64,000 bases of DNA from an uncultured Erysipelotrichaceae bacterium (lineage in GTDB: Bacteria; Bacillota_I; Bacilli_A; Erysipelotrichales; Erysipelotrichaceae), in assembly GCA_944326055.1 (NCBI GenBank), contig CALVCT010000021.1, positions 6,087 to 70,086 of the forward strand. The letters run 5' to 3'. Positions within the stretch are counted from its first letter, which is position 1. Every line of letters starts with the position of its first letter. Below, piece by piece: positions 27,256 to 36,520 of this stretch. Made by a program: the position numbers and the translations under genes. The notes below the pieces were generated by a model, which did not search any database, was not told the origin of the DNA, and saw nothing but the letters and a program-made list of their open reading frames with translations.

Positions 27256-29185
27256 ATCAAAGATCATCTTTCTTGTCTTGCTTATCATATTGAGTTGCGT
27301 GGGTTGCAAGAGCGAAGATGAAGATATCTATACTAAAAGAGAATGGTCAAGCGACCTTATGGCTGTGACGAATATCGATGATCTGGATGCTTGGAGCATC
27401 AGGATCGAAGGCGAGCTTGATGAGGCACTCTTGTTGGATGATGTTGCAGGGTCATTAGCTCCACTTTTAGACCAAAAAGAGTTGGTAACCATGCCTAAAG
27501 ATATCGAAAGATCGAAAGATCCTTCTGCCCTAGCTTTAGTCATGGCTCATGGGATCATTGATCAAAAAGGTGAGATAGAGCCACAAAAGACGGTCGATCG
27601 CGATGAAGCAAAGATCTATCTTTCACGCCTCAGGGCGATCATCGATCACAAAGAGTTTGAGGATGAGGCTTTTGTCGAATATCAAAGACCGATCACGATC
27701 GACGAAAGTCCTTCGCTTGACTTAGATGTGCATGAAGTTGGTGAGTTCATCTATAGCGAAGCAGATGATAAGTTCTATGAGATCACTCAAGAAAACGGCA
27801 TCAAAGATAAAAGAGAGATCAGTTTTGAGGAAGTCTTTGAGAAGGTCGATATCCAAGGTACGATCGAAGACCTCGACCTATCTAGTGCAGAGATAGAGAT
27901 CGATGGCGAGATCATCGAAGATGATTCGATCTATGCTCAGGATGGTATCGAAAGGATGGCAAACTTTTCACCTAGTGGTGAATTCGAAAAAGGTGGATTC
28001 AAGATCAGTTACGCCATATCTTTAAATAAGATCCATCTGTATGTCTCAAAGAAGACTGATAGAGGGATCAATGTCTATTTTGATGGAGATATCTATGGGA
28101 TCAAACCGTCTTATAAGTGGGACTATGAAGATGGTACGATCAAAGAAGCTTATCTAAATGTTGATTTCAAGACATCTGAAGAAGTCGGGATGTCGATCGG
28201 CAGATATAAGTTCTTATATGGCGATTTTTCGCTATTTGAAGAACCGAAAGATCTCTTCAATAAACTCAAAAATTTCATGAAGCCTAAAGAAGATATCATC
28301 GACACTTCTTTCACCTTGATGAAGATCAAACTACCGATCGCTAACTTTCCTTTGGCTTCTTTTGATATCGAGCTTAAATTGAATATCTATGTGAGTGGAA
28401 AAGTCGAGATCGCTATCGCTACAGATCATACTGTCGGGGCCGAGATCAACAACGGTGCTGTGCGTTTGATCTTAGATCATCAAGAAGATGTCGACTTCAA
28501 TATCGATGCGACAGCTTCCAGTACTCTTTCATTATCGTTTGCACTTAGTCTTTTAAAAGACCTGGTAGATGTGCGCTTTAATGGTGGTATCAAAGCCAAT
28601 GTCGGTACGACATTGCATATGTATGATAGTGAAGGCCATCTGATCAGCACGAGCGCTAAAGCTGACTACGATGTCCTTGAAGCATCAGCTGATAAAGATG
28701 GGGTCTATGTCTGTGCCGATCTTTCGCTATCATGGATCCTCAATATCGAACTCAATTCCGAGAAGACTTTAGCTTCGATGTTTGGCTTGTCAAAGAAGTT
28801 CACGATCTTGGATGAGGACGATCAGGTGCTGGGCAATAAGAGCCATATCGAAAAAGGGCAGTTCGTCGATCACTGTACTTATAAGGATCGAGCATCAAAA
28901 ACAAGTATGCCGACCGTTTCGATCAAAAGCGAAAGGATATCTCTTGGAAGCTACGCAATGGTCATACGCGGACCATCAAAGATCGACATCGTAGCTCTAC
29001 CAAGCGGATATTCTCGATCTGATCTTCGCTATGAAAGTGAAGATGAGGCGATCGTCAGTCTCGATGGGGATGGTTCTATCACCCCTTTGAACAATGGAGT
29101 GACTAAAGTACGCGTCTATACAGCAGATGGCGAACATGAAGCCTATGTCAATATCTTGGTGAGTATCGATGAGAAAGAAGCTTGA
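27236..29185 (+). CDS. Lipoprotein of unknown function with a C-terminal Big_2 (bacterial Ig-like) domain
   Basis: 649 aa. Signal peptide with lipobox (LIILSCVGC), a beta-rich middle region, and C-terminus SEDEAIVSLDGDGSITPLNNGVTKVRVYTADGEHEAYVNILV, which is typical of Big_2. Overlaps both neighbouring genes. Confidence 0.6.
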   Translation: MRRLSSRSKIIFLVLLIILSCVGCKSEDEDIYTKREWSSDLMAVTNIDDLDAWSIRIEGELDEALLLDDVAGSLAPLLDQKELVTMPKDIERSKDPSALALVMAHGIIDQKGEIEPQKTVDRDEAKIYLSRLRAIIDHKEFEDEAFVEYQRPITIDESPSLDLDVHEVGEFIYSEADDKFYEITQENGIKDKREISFEEVFEKVDIQGTIEDLDLSSAEIEIDGEIIEDDSIYAQDGIERMANFSPSGEFEKGGFKISYAISLNKIHLYVSKKTDRGINVYFDGDIYGIKPSYKWDYEDGTIKEAYLNVDFKTSEEVGMSIGRYKFLYGDFSLFEEPKDLFNKLKNFMKPKEDIIDTSFTLMKIKLPIANFPLASFDIELKLNIYVSGKVEIAIATDHTVGAEINNGAVRLILDHQEDVDFNIDATASSTLSLSFALSLLKDLVDVRFNGGIKANVGTTLHMYDSEGHLISTSAKADYDVLEASADKDGVYVCADLSLSWILNIELNSEKTLASMFGLSKKFTILDEDDQVLGNKSHIEKGQFVDHCTYKDRASKTSMPTVSIKSERISLGSYAMVIRGPSKIDIVALPSGYSRSDLRYESEDEAIVSLDGDGSITPLNNGVTKVRVYTADGEHEAYVNILVSIDEKEA

Positions 29186-32100
29186 ATTATACAAAGGTGC
29201 AACTAGGAAGACGCTGATCCTTGATCACAAAAGACAAAGGCAAGTCCATTTTGGTGGTCTTGCCTTCTATTATCGTGATGATCAGTGGTATATCGATCTT
29301 AAAGAGTATAAAAGTGATTCTGATAAAAGCTTTGAGATCTTAAGATCTAAGATATATACTCTAAAAAGAGAAGACCTCTATCATCTTATTTTTTTAGTCG
29401 TTAAGGATGAGATAGAATCCTTTGTAGCGTATAAGATGCAAGATGTCCTTATCAGTTCACTCAAGACAAGCGAGATGGTCACTAAGACAAAAGAGCTCGC
29501 TTTTGCCCATATCTTTATCAAAGATGCCAAGATCATAAGCGATTTCGAATACATCTATCTCAATGATCATCGCTATGATGGAAGTAGACTAGAAGATCAC
29601 GATCGCATCGACATCTTGGGATTGACCCTGATCTATACGAAAGACTATCTTTTTTCTAATAACTTTGGCGTAGAAGTCGATCTTGAAGAAGTAAAGATCA
29701 CGACTTCTGTCGTAAAAGAGCCTTCTTTTATCATTGAACGCCACTATCGTCAAAAAGCGATCTTACCTAGATTAGAGTATAGTCTGAGGTTACAAAATAA
29801 AGAAAACGCCGAAGAAGCGCCATTCATCATTACTTTTGGCCAGGGACTATTCATGAGTTTAGGTATGTTAGGAGTATCGATCGTCAGTGCTTATCTGAGT
29901 TATATGAGTGGTCGATCGCTTATTGAGATCATAATGATCGTCGCCATGCCGCTTTTGATGGCTATCTCAGCGATCTTATTCCCGCTTTTACAAAAACGAT
30001 ACCGAAGCAGGTCAAGAAAGAAAAGAGATAGTCTTAAGGATAGCCATGATAAAGAAGCTGTGGATACTCTGATACAGAAGATCGAAAGTGATATCACGAT
30101 CATCAAGGAATATCATGAAAGCTATGGCTTCACTTCTAGCGATCTTCATCGCTTATTTGCCGATAAGGAGCTCTTTTATAGAGAGAAAGAAGATGAAGAT
30201 GCTCTATATATCACTTTAGCTAGAGGAAAAAAGAAGCTCGACCTCAAGATCAAAGATGAAGGAAATAACGGTGATAAAGTGATCGCTGAGCTAAAAGAGC
30301 GCTACAGTTATTTAAGTGATGTCCCAATCATCATCGATCTTAAAAGCTATGACTTCCTTACTATCAGAGCTTTACGAAAACGCAACGAAGTCTTTTTGTA
30401 TATCTTGCTAGAGTTGGCGCTTACTGTCTCTTATAAGGATATCAAGATCGCACTTTGTATCGATAGAGCGTTTTATGAGCGTTATGGTGATATCGTCGAT
30501 ATTCCACATCTCTATGATGCAGATCGAAGATTGATCTTCATCGACGAAAGTGCCAAAGTGCCGCCCGGAACTATCATCTTGAGCCTATATAATCTCAATG
30601 AGGAAATAAAAGAAGAAAGCTCGATCATCTATTTCAGTGATGGTGATATCCCTAAGAGGACAAAACTCATTATCGATATCGATAAAGATTTAGTTACGAT
30701 CACTGATGGATGCGATTGTGATATCTATCGTTTAACAGTCTTTGCGTATGACATAAGGATCTTTGATAGATTAAGATCATATAGATCCTATGACAAAGAC
30801 GATGCGATCAGGATGCCTGTGCTAACTGATATCTATGATCATGATATCGATCTTGCGAAGATCTATCAAAACGATGAAGGCATCATCGCAACTCTAGGGA
30901 TCGATGAAGATCGCCAACGGCTAGTCTTTGATCTTTCTCAAGAAGGTATAGGGCCTCACGCGATGCTTTCGGGGTGCACAGGAGCTGGAAAATCAGAATT
31001 TTTACTATCACTTATCTTATCGTTGGCTCTTAGATCAGATGCTAAACATCTGAATTTCGCTCTCATCGATTATAAAGGTACAGGCCTTTTAGAAGCATTG
31101 TCATATAAAGGAGAAACTTTACCACATATCGTATTGGCACTTAATAATCTTGACGAAGTCGCTCTAGATCGTTCACTAGCATATTTTCGACTTGAATGCC
31201 AAAGAAGAGAAGAAGCTTTTAGAAAATTGGCGGCGATCACACGGACCAGTATCATGGATCTTAAAGACTATCATCGTCTTGATCCTGAGAGCTATGGCAT
31301 GCCTTATATAGCAGATGAGTTCATCATCATCGATGAATTTGCTGAGCTGAAACTTGCGAGGCGTGATTTCATCAAAGATATCATATCGATCGCCCGTATC
31401 GGTCGAAGCCTTGGGATAATGTTGCTGTTGAGCACGCAAAAGCCTAGTGCTGTCGTCGATCAGGAAGTATGGGCCAATACTTCTTATCGTATATCTCTTA
31501 AGGTCCAAGATGAGAGCGATTCAAAAGAGATGATAGGGACTGGTAAAGCCAAGATGATCAAAAGACCAGGCGAATTCTATCTGAGGACTAAAGATCGACT
31601 ATATCATGGCTATGGCACATATACGCGTTCTTTTAAGGATAGACGTAATGAAGAAGTCGTAGAGTTGATCGATCACAAAAAAGAGACGATAAGATCGCTG
31701 AGATACGAAGCTTTTGATAAGGAGCGCGAATCTGCTTTCTTCATCAAAAAGATCATTGAATATCACAAAATACATAAGATCCATCGTGAGACGATCTATC
31801 GACCAAAGCTTGAAGAAACAAGTTTTTATGAGCTGTATAAGAGGTATGACCTTGATCTGAGGAATGGCAAGATCTTGCTTGGAGAATACGATAATTTTAT
31901 GATAATGGATCAGGGAGCTCTGATCCACGATCTCAATAAAGATCCATTTCTCATCTTCAGTTATGAAGACAAAAAGAAACGTGACCTCTTTTTTAGAACA
32001 TGTTTGATGTCTTTGGCTTTTGAAGCTGATAAATACCATATTTTCTATATCGGCGACAAAAAGAGCGAACTCTTTGAATTTGAGAATTGGGTGGAAAGGA

Positions 32101-32849
32101 TCGATGTCGATGATGTTTCTGATATCGATTATCTATTTTATCGCCTAAAACGTAACGATCTTAAAAAGAAAGCCATCGTCTTTATCGAAGATCATCTGCG
32201 TTTCTTACAAGATCCGATGATCAAGGAGATGTTTGAAGGATCGATGCCACTATTAGACCGAGAACGCATAGGAATTATAAGTGCTTCTTTAAAGAAAGTT
32301 TCTTTGTCTTATAAATTAGAAGCTCTCTTTGTGCGTTATGTTTTAGACAATAAGGAAAAAGATACGCTCTTATATGCCTTTTCAAAAGTCGATGCCGTAT
32401 CAGAGATCGATGTAACTTCAATAGGTAAAAGGCTCGTTGGTTTCAAGCTTGCTTCGATAGCTAAAAATAGTTTCGCGATCAAAAGAGATGAGACGATCAT
32501 CAAAAAGATACCTGATGTGATAAAAAGCGAGCCTGATCTTTTGGGCTATGATCTAAAGACAAGAGAGAAGCTATACTTAAGAAGAGACGGTGTGCTGTTC
32601 TGTGCATATTATCAAGAAATGTTAGAAAGGTTCAAAAGGGGCTTCAACACTAGGTATAGGCATGATTATTCATTGTTATCGGATGTCGATAGAGATAAGT
32701 ATCATGACACGATAGTTTGGATAGGCCCAGGAATCATCAATCAATATCTCTTCATCCCCAAGATCAAAAAGGACCTACATAGAGACGAAGCATACATAGA
32801 AATAAGTGGCGAAGCTAAGGTGATAAGATATGTCGAAAATACGTTTTAG
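29169..32849 (+). CDS. essC: Type VII secretion FtsK/SpoIIIE-family ATPase EssC (shortened form)
   Basis: 1226 aa. Soluble N-terminal region, two TM helices (about aa 215-285), then an ATPase domain closely collinear with S. aureus EssC D1: GPHAMLSGCTGAGKSEF...LIDYKGTG, FIIIDEFAELK, ARIGRSLGIMLLLSTQKPSAVVDQEVWANTSYRISLKVQDESDSKE. Confidence 0.9.
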   Translation: MRKKLELYKGATRKTLILDHKRQRQVHFGGLAFYYRDDQWYIDLKEYKSDSDKSFEILRSKIYTLKREDLYHLIFLVVKDEIESFVAYKMQDVLISSLKTSEMVTKTKELAFAHIFIKDAKIISDFEYIYLNDHRYDGSRLEDHDRIDILGLTLIYTKDYLFSNNFGVEVDLEEVKITTSVVKEPSFIIERHYRQKAILPRLEYSLRLQNKENAEEAPFIITFGQGLFMSLGMLGVSIVSAYLSYMSGRSLIEIIMIVAMPLLMAISAILFPLLQKRYRSRSRKKRDSLKDSHDKEAVDTLIQKIESDITIIKEYHESYGFTSSDLHRLFADKELFYREKEDEDALYITLARGKKKLDLKIKDEGNNGDKVIAELKERYSYLSDVPIIIDLKSYDFLTIRALRKRNEVFLYILLELALTVSYKDIKIALCIDRAFYERYGDIVDIPHLYDADRRLIFIDESAKVPPGTIILSLYNLNEEIKEESSIIYFSDGDIPKRTKLIIDIDKDLVTITDGCDCDIYRLTVFAYDIRIFDRLRSYRSYDKDDAIRMPVLTDIYDHDIDLAKIYQNDEGIIATLGIDEDRQRLVFDLSQEGIGPHAMLSGCTGAGKSEFLLSLILSLALRSDAKHLNFALIDYKGTGLLEALSYKGETLPHIVLALNNLDEVALDRSLAYFRLECQRREEAFRKLAAITRTSIMDLKDYHRLDPESYGMPYIADEFIIIDEFAELKLARRDFIKDIISIARIGRSLGIMLLLSTQKPSAVVDQEVWANTSYRISLKVQDESDSKEMIGTGKAKMIKRPGEFYLRTKDRLYHGYGTYTRSFKDRRNEEVVELIDHKKETIRSLRYEAFDKERESAFFIKKIIEYHKIHKIHRETIYRPKLEETSFYELYKRYDLDLRNGKILLGEYDNFMIMDQGALIHDLNKDPFLIFSYEDKKKRDLFFRTCLMSLAFEADKYHIFYIGDKKSELFEFENWVERIDVDDVSDIDYLFYRLKRNDLKKKAIVFIEDHLRFLQDPMIKEMFEGSMPLLDRERIGIISASLKKVSLSYKLEALFVRYVLDNKEKDTLLYAFSKVDAVSEIDVTSIGKRLVGFKLASIAKNSFAIKRDETIIKKIPDVIKSEPDLLGYDLKTREKLYLRRDGVLFCAYYQEMLERFKRGFNTRYRHDYSLLSDVDRDKYHDTIVWIGPGIINQYLFIPKIKKDLHRDEAYIEISGEAKVIRYVENTF

Positions 32850-33075
32850 GATCAATATACCATCACTTGAAAAGAAGATCGAAGTGATCATGTCTAAAGA
32901 ACTGACATTAAAAGAGAATATGGAACTGGTCTTTGAGATGTTAGGGTATCGTATAGAAACTTACATCTTGATGCCTAGGCACAAAGCTATTGCCTTGGAT
33001 CTTGATATAGCCATCAAGGACATAGGGCTTTTAGATGGAGCTAGCTTATATCTCTATGATTTCACAAATCTATGA
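32830..33075 (+). CDS. YukD/EsaB-like ubiquitin-fold T7SS protein
   Basis: 81 aa, overlaps the essC stop. Alternating beta pattern IRFRINIP...IEVIMSKELTLKEN and C-terminal DIGLLDGASLYLY resemble YukD/EsaB. Confidence 0.55.
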   Translation: MSKIRFRINIPSLEKKIEVIMSKELTLKENMELVFEMLGYRIETYILMPRHKAIALDLDIAIKDIGLLDGASLYLYDFTNL

Positions 33076-33095
33076 AGATGTATTAAAATAACGGC

Positions 33096-35858
33096 ATGTC
33101 TAAAAGATGGATAGTATTTTTCCTTCTGTTTATATCTTGGAGCTTCTTTAAGATCGATGCAGAAGAGGGATATGCGCTTTATGATTCAAAAGCTGATAGC
33201 TATAAGAAGATAGCGGAAGCTTCGTCATTGAATGAAGCTAGAAACTTATATCGTGAGTTGAGTGATGACTACGACAACCTCGTCTTGCAAGATGGTGATC
33301 GCGTCATCATGATGGAATATGGTATCGTTGAGTTTAGAGTAGATGATGCTTGCGAGCTTATTTTGAACTACGAAGATCAAGAAGGTGATATCAAAGGGAT
33401 AAATGGCTGTTATGGAATAGATGCAGCATATCTTTCAACTAGTGATGACATGAGCGAAGTCGAGTTCATGATCAGCGGTGATATTGGTATGATCTCTGTT
33501 GACGATGTCATCTTGCATCCCTACGAGACTTTAGATGTCAGTATATCTTATTATACGAGGCGTGGTGATGATATCTATCACGATATCAAAGCGCAACTTG
33601 AAGAAGATTATGTCTATTCTAGTTTAGCTTTTGGACCTTCACCTAGTTATCTTAATAGTGATATGCGCTACTATAGCTATGATGGCCACTATTTTTATGA
33701 GTCTTTCTACGATCTTATCGATGATCTGCGCTTAGGAGCGCATGATAGAGCCATCAATAATAGCGAGCCATACTACAACTATTATATGTATCTGCCGCAC
33801 CGGACGCTGACGAGATATACGTTTAATGAGATCGATCACTATTTTAATGAGACGCTCGTTTTTAATAAGCATCTCGATACTTATATCGACTTCAATTATG
33901 ACTACGCTAATGATGATGTCAATAGGTCACAATATGTCGATAATATCGATGCGTTCTTTGAGAATGAATATCGCTATGGCGCAAATGCGATGATGATGTT
34001 GAGCCTTAGTATCTATGAGAGTTCGTATGGCAAGTCTTATAATGCTTATACGCAAAACAATCTCTTTGGTCATGCAGCTTATGATACGGCTGAAGAGATC
34101 GCTAATGGTCGTTATGATTCGATAGCTCGCTCGGTATATTCTCATGCGCGCTATTACATCTCTTCGCGCTTTGCTGATCACAACAGTTCGGTCTATAGTG
34201 GCTCCTTCTTCGGTGATAAAGCTTCTGGGATGAACGTCAACTATTCTTTAGATCCATATTGGGGCGAGAATCTGGCTAGCGATTATTATAGTTTGGATCG
34301 TTCATTAGGTTTCAAAGACTATAACGCCTATGCTTTAGGTATCAGCGATGATGATGAAGTCATATATATCTATCGTGACGCTGGCCTTGATGATATCGTA
34401 TATACTTTTGAAGATATCGCACCCTATTCTTTTGTCTTACTAGAAGAGGGCGATGATTACTATAAGGTGCAAGTCGATATGAGTGCTGATCAAGACATGC
34501 ACTTTTATGATTATGAGACAGATATCGGCTATATCGCAAAAGATACTGTCGATCATATCTTGAATCCTTCAAAGATCAAAGAGTTTACTTATCATACAGT
34601 GACTTTTGATCTTGATAATGGAGAGACCATCAGCTATAAGATCGCTGATGGTAAGATGCCGATGATCTCAGATCCTTATAAAGAGGGGTATGAATTCATT
34701 GGACTAGATAAAGATCTCTTAGCTAATTATGATGACACGGAGTATAAAGCGATATATCGCGAGATCGTCAGGATCGAAGTGATAGGCGATATCAAAAAGG
34801 AAGTAGCGCTTCACGGCCTGATCTCACTTGAAGGGGCGAGTTTAAGAGTCACTTATCGCGATCTGGATAGCGAAAGTGGGACATATGTCGAGACCCAAGA
34901 GATCATAGAGTTGACGACCGACATGATCTCAAATTATGATCTTGAAACCGAAGGTAAGCAAACGGTCATCGTTGATTATTGTGGTGTCATAACTTCATTT
35001 GAGATCGAAGTAAAGTCTGAACTATATGAAGATATCTTATATCTTGATAAAACGATCCCTGAGATCATTGAAAAGCTCACAAACAATGAAGAAGTCTCGA
35101 TCGAAGAAGTCATCAAAGTAAAAGAGATGGTCTTAGATACTGATTATGTCTTAGATAATACAGCGATCGTTCTCTTAGACCAGGTCTTACTTAAGGAGTA
35201 TCGACAATATATGTTGTTCAATATAAATGGGACAAGAGAATTGGCGATATCGGGTATGGCTTTGGCTTTAGATGTCGAAGATAGTTATAAGGATATACTT
35301 TGGCCAGATACTTATCACTTGAGCTCATCGATCGCATCTTTGAAAGATGAGAGTTATCTAACTAAGATCAGTAAGGGTTATGGTTTTGAAGAGATCACAT
35401 CTTTTTCGATCAACTTTAAAAAGAACGAGATACCGATCAGATCAGAAGGTCCTTTTATCATTGAGATCAGGGCAGCCGATCTTGATACACATAAGGTATA
35501 TACTGTCTACTATGTCGATGATGATGGAGATGTGATCAAGTGTCGCACGACACAAAGTAAAGATGCGATACAGTTTACGACGATGAGTGATGGCAACTTC
35601 ATGGTCTTAGCTTTAGATAGTTCTAATGATTATACATTGGAGAATCCTCAGATCTTCAATCTGACTGTCGATAATGATGATCTTGATCTCAATGCTACTC
35701 TCTATGTTGCTTTCTGGGGCGTATTTTTCATCTTGAGTATAACGATCGCATTTGTATATTATAAAGTTAAGAAAGAAAAGACGAGGTGGATATGGAACGT
35801 TTACAGAAAGTCTTGGCGGATGCCGGCGTCGCCTCAAGGCGCAAAGCGGAAGAACTGA
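33096..35858 (+). CDS. Membrane-anchored cell-wall hydrolase with a GH73 (N-acetylglucosaminidase) domain and Ig-like repeats
   Basis: 920 aa with an N-terminal signal peptide. GH73 block GANAMMMLSLSIYESSYGKSYNAYTQNNLFGHAAYD...DPYWGENLA. Ig-like segment (EGKQTVIVDYCGVITSFEIEV). C-terminal TM helix LYVAFWGVFFILSITIAFVYY and a basic tail. Confidence 0.7.
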   Translation: MSKRWIVFFLLFISWSFFKIDAEEGYALYDSKADSYKKIAEASSLNEARNLYRELSDDYDNLVLQDGDRVIMMEYGIVEFRVDDACELILNYEDQEGDIKGINGCYGIDAAYLSTSDDMSEVEFMISGDIGMISVDDVILHPYETLDVSISYYTRRGDDIYHDIKAQLEEDYVYSSLAFGPSPSYLNSDMRYYSYDGHYFYESFYDLIDDLRLGAHDRAINNSEPYYNYYMYLPHRTLTRYTFNEIDHYFNETLVFNKHLDTYIDFNYDYANDDVNRSQYVDNIDAFFENEYRYGANAMMMLSLSIYESSYGKSYNAYTQNNLFGHAAYDTAEEIANGRYDSIARSVYSHARYYISSRFADHNSSVYSGSFFGDKASGMNVNYSLDPYWGENLASDYYSLDRSLGFKDYNAYALGISDDDEVIYIYRDAGLDDIVYTFEDIAPYSFVLLEEGDDYYKVQVDMSADQDMHFYDYETDIGYIAKDTVDHILNPSKIKEFTYHTVTFDLDNGETISYKIADGKMPMISDPYKEGYEFIGLDKDLLANYDDTEYKAIYREIVRIEVIGDIKKEVALHGLISLEGASLRVTYRDLDSESGTYVETQEIIELTTDMISNYDLETEGKQTVIVDYCGVITSFEIEVKSELYEDILYLDKTIPEIIEKLTNNEEVSIEEVIKVKEMVLDTDYVLDNTAIVLLDQVLLKEYRQYMLFNINGTRELAISGMALALDVEDSYKDILWPDTYHLSSSIASLKDESYLTKISKGYGFEEITSFSINFKKNEIPIRSEGPFIIEIRAADLDTHKVYTVYYVDDDGDVIKCRTTQSKDAIQFTTMSDGNFMVLALDSSNDYTLENPQIFNLTVDNDDLDLNATLYVAFWGVFFILSITIAFVYYKVKKEKTRWIWNVYRKSWRMPASPQGAKRKN

Positions 35859-36520
35859 TCAAAAATGGCGATGTGAAAGTCGATGGTGAGATCATCACGA
35901 CTTTAGGATATAAGGTGACAGGTGAAGAAGATATCGAAGCCAAAGGACAAAAGATCAAAAAAGAAGAAAAAGTCGTCTTTATCCTCAATAAACCAAAGAA
36001 TGTCATCAGTACGGTCAAAGATGATAAAGGACGCTTATGCGTGGGTGATCTGATCGAGACCGATTACAGACTATTTCCTGTCGGTAGACTAGATTATGAA
36101 AGCAGTGGACTTTTGATCATGACAAATGATGGAGCTCTGACTAATAAGATCATCCACCCAAAATTTAGGATACCGAAGGTCTATGAAGTGACAGTCAAGG
36201 GCGATATCACGATCAAAGAGATCTCAAAGCTTAAAAAAGGCGTCGTCTTAGATGATGGTTTTAAGACTGGTAAATGTGAGATCTATCATGTCGATTCTAA
36301 TCCTAATAAAAAGACCCACCGTTACATCGTCACGATCTATGAGGGACATAATCGTGAGATACGCAAGATGTTCAAAACGGTAGGCGCAGAAGTCATAAGA
36401 TTACACAGAACAAAAGAAGCTTGCATTGAAATTGGCGATCTTAGGTCTGGTGAGTATCGTCGTCTCAAGATCCATGAAGTGAAGATGTTGAAGCGTTACC
36501 TAGATGGATCTGATCTCTAA
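35792..36520 (+). CDS. rluB: Pseudouridine synthase, RsuA/RluB family (S4 domain plus catalytic domain)
   Basis: MERLQKVLADAGVASRRKAEELI (S4 domain) and catalytic GRLDYESSGLLIMTNDG. GAGGTGG RBS. The start lies 67 nt inside the 3' end of the GH73 gene. Confidence 0.85.
   Translation: MERLQKVLADAGVASRRKAEELIKNGDVKVDGEIITTLGYKVTGEEDIEAKGQKIKKEEKVVFILNKPKNVISTVKDDKGRLCVGDLIETDYRLFPVGRLDYESSGLLIMTNDGALTNKIIHPKFRIPKVYEVTVKGDITIKEISKLKKGVVLDDGFKTGKCEIYHVDSNPNKKTHRYIVTIYEGHNREIRKMFKTVGAEVIRLHRTKEACIEIGDLRSGEYRRLKIHEVKMLKRYLDGSDL

Noticed and set aside
31176-32039. 110-aa and 146-aa antisense ORFs inside essC
   Set aside because: They overlap the best-conserved ATPase part of essC and show no independent signals.
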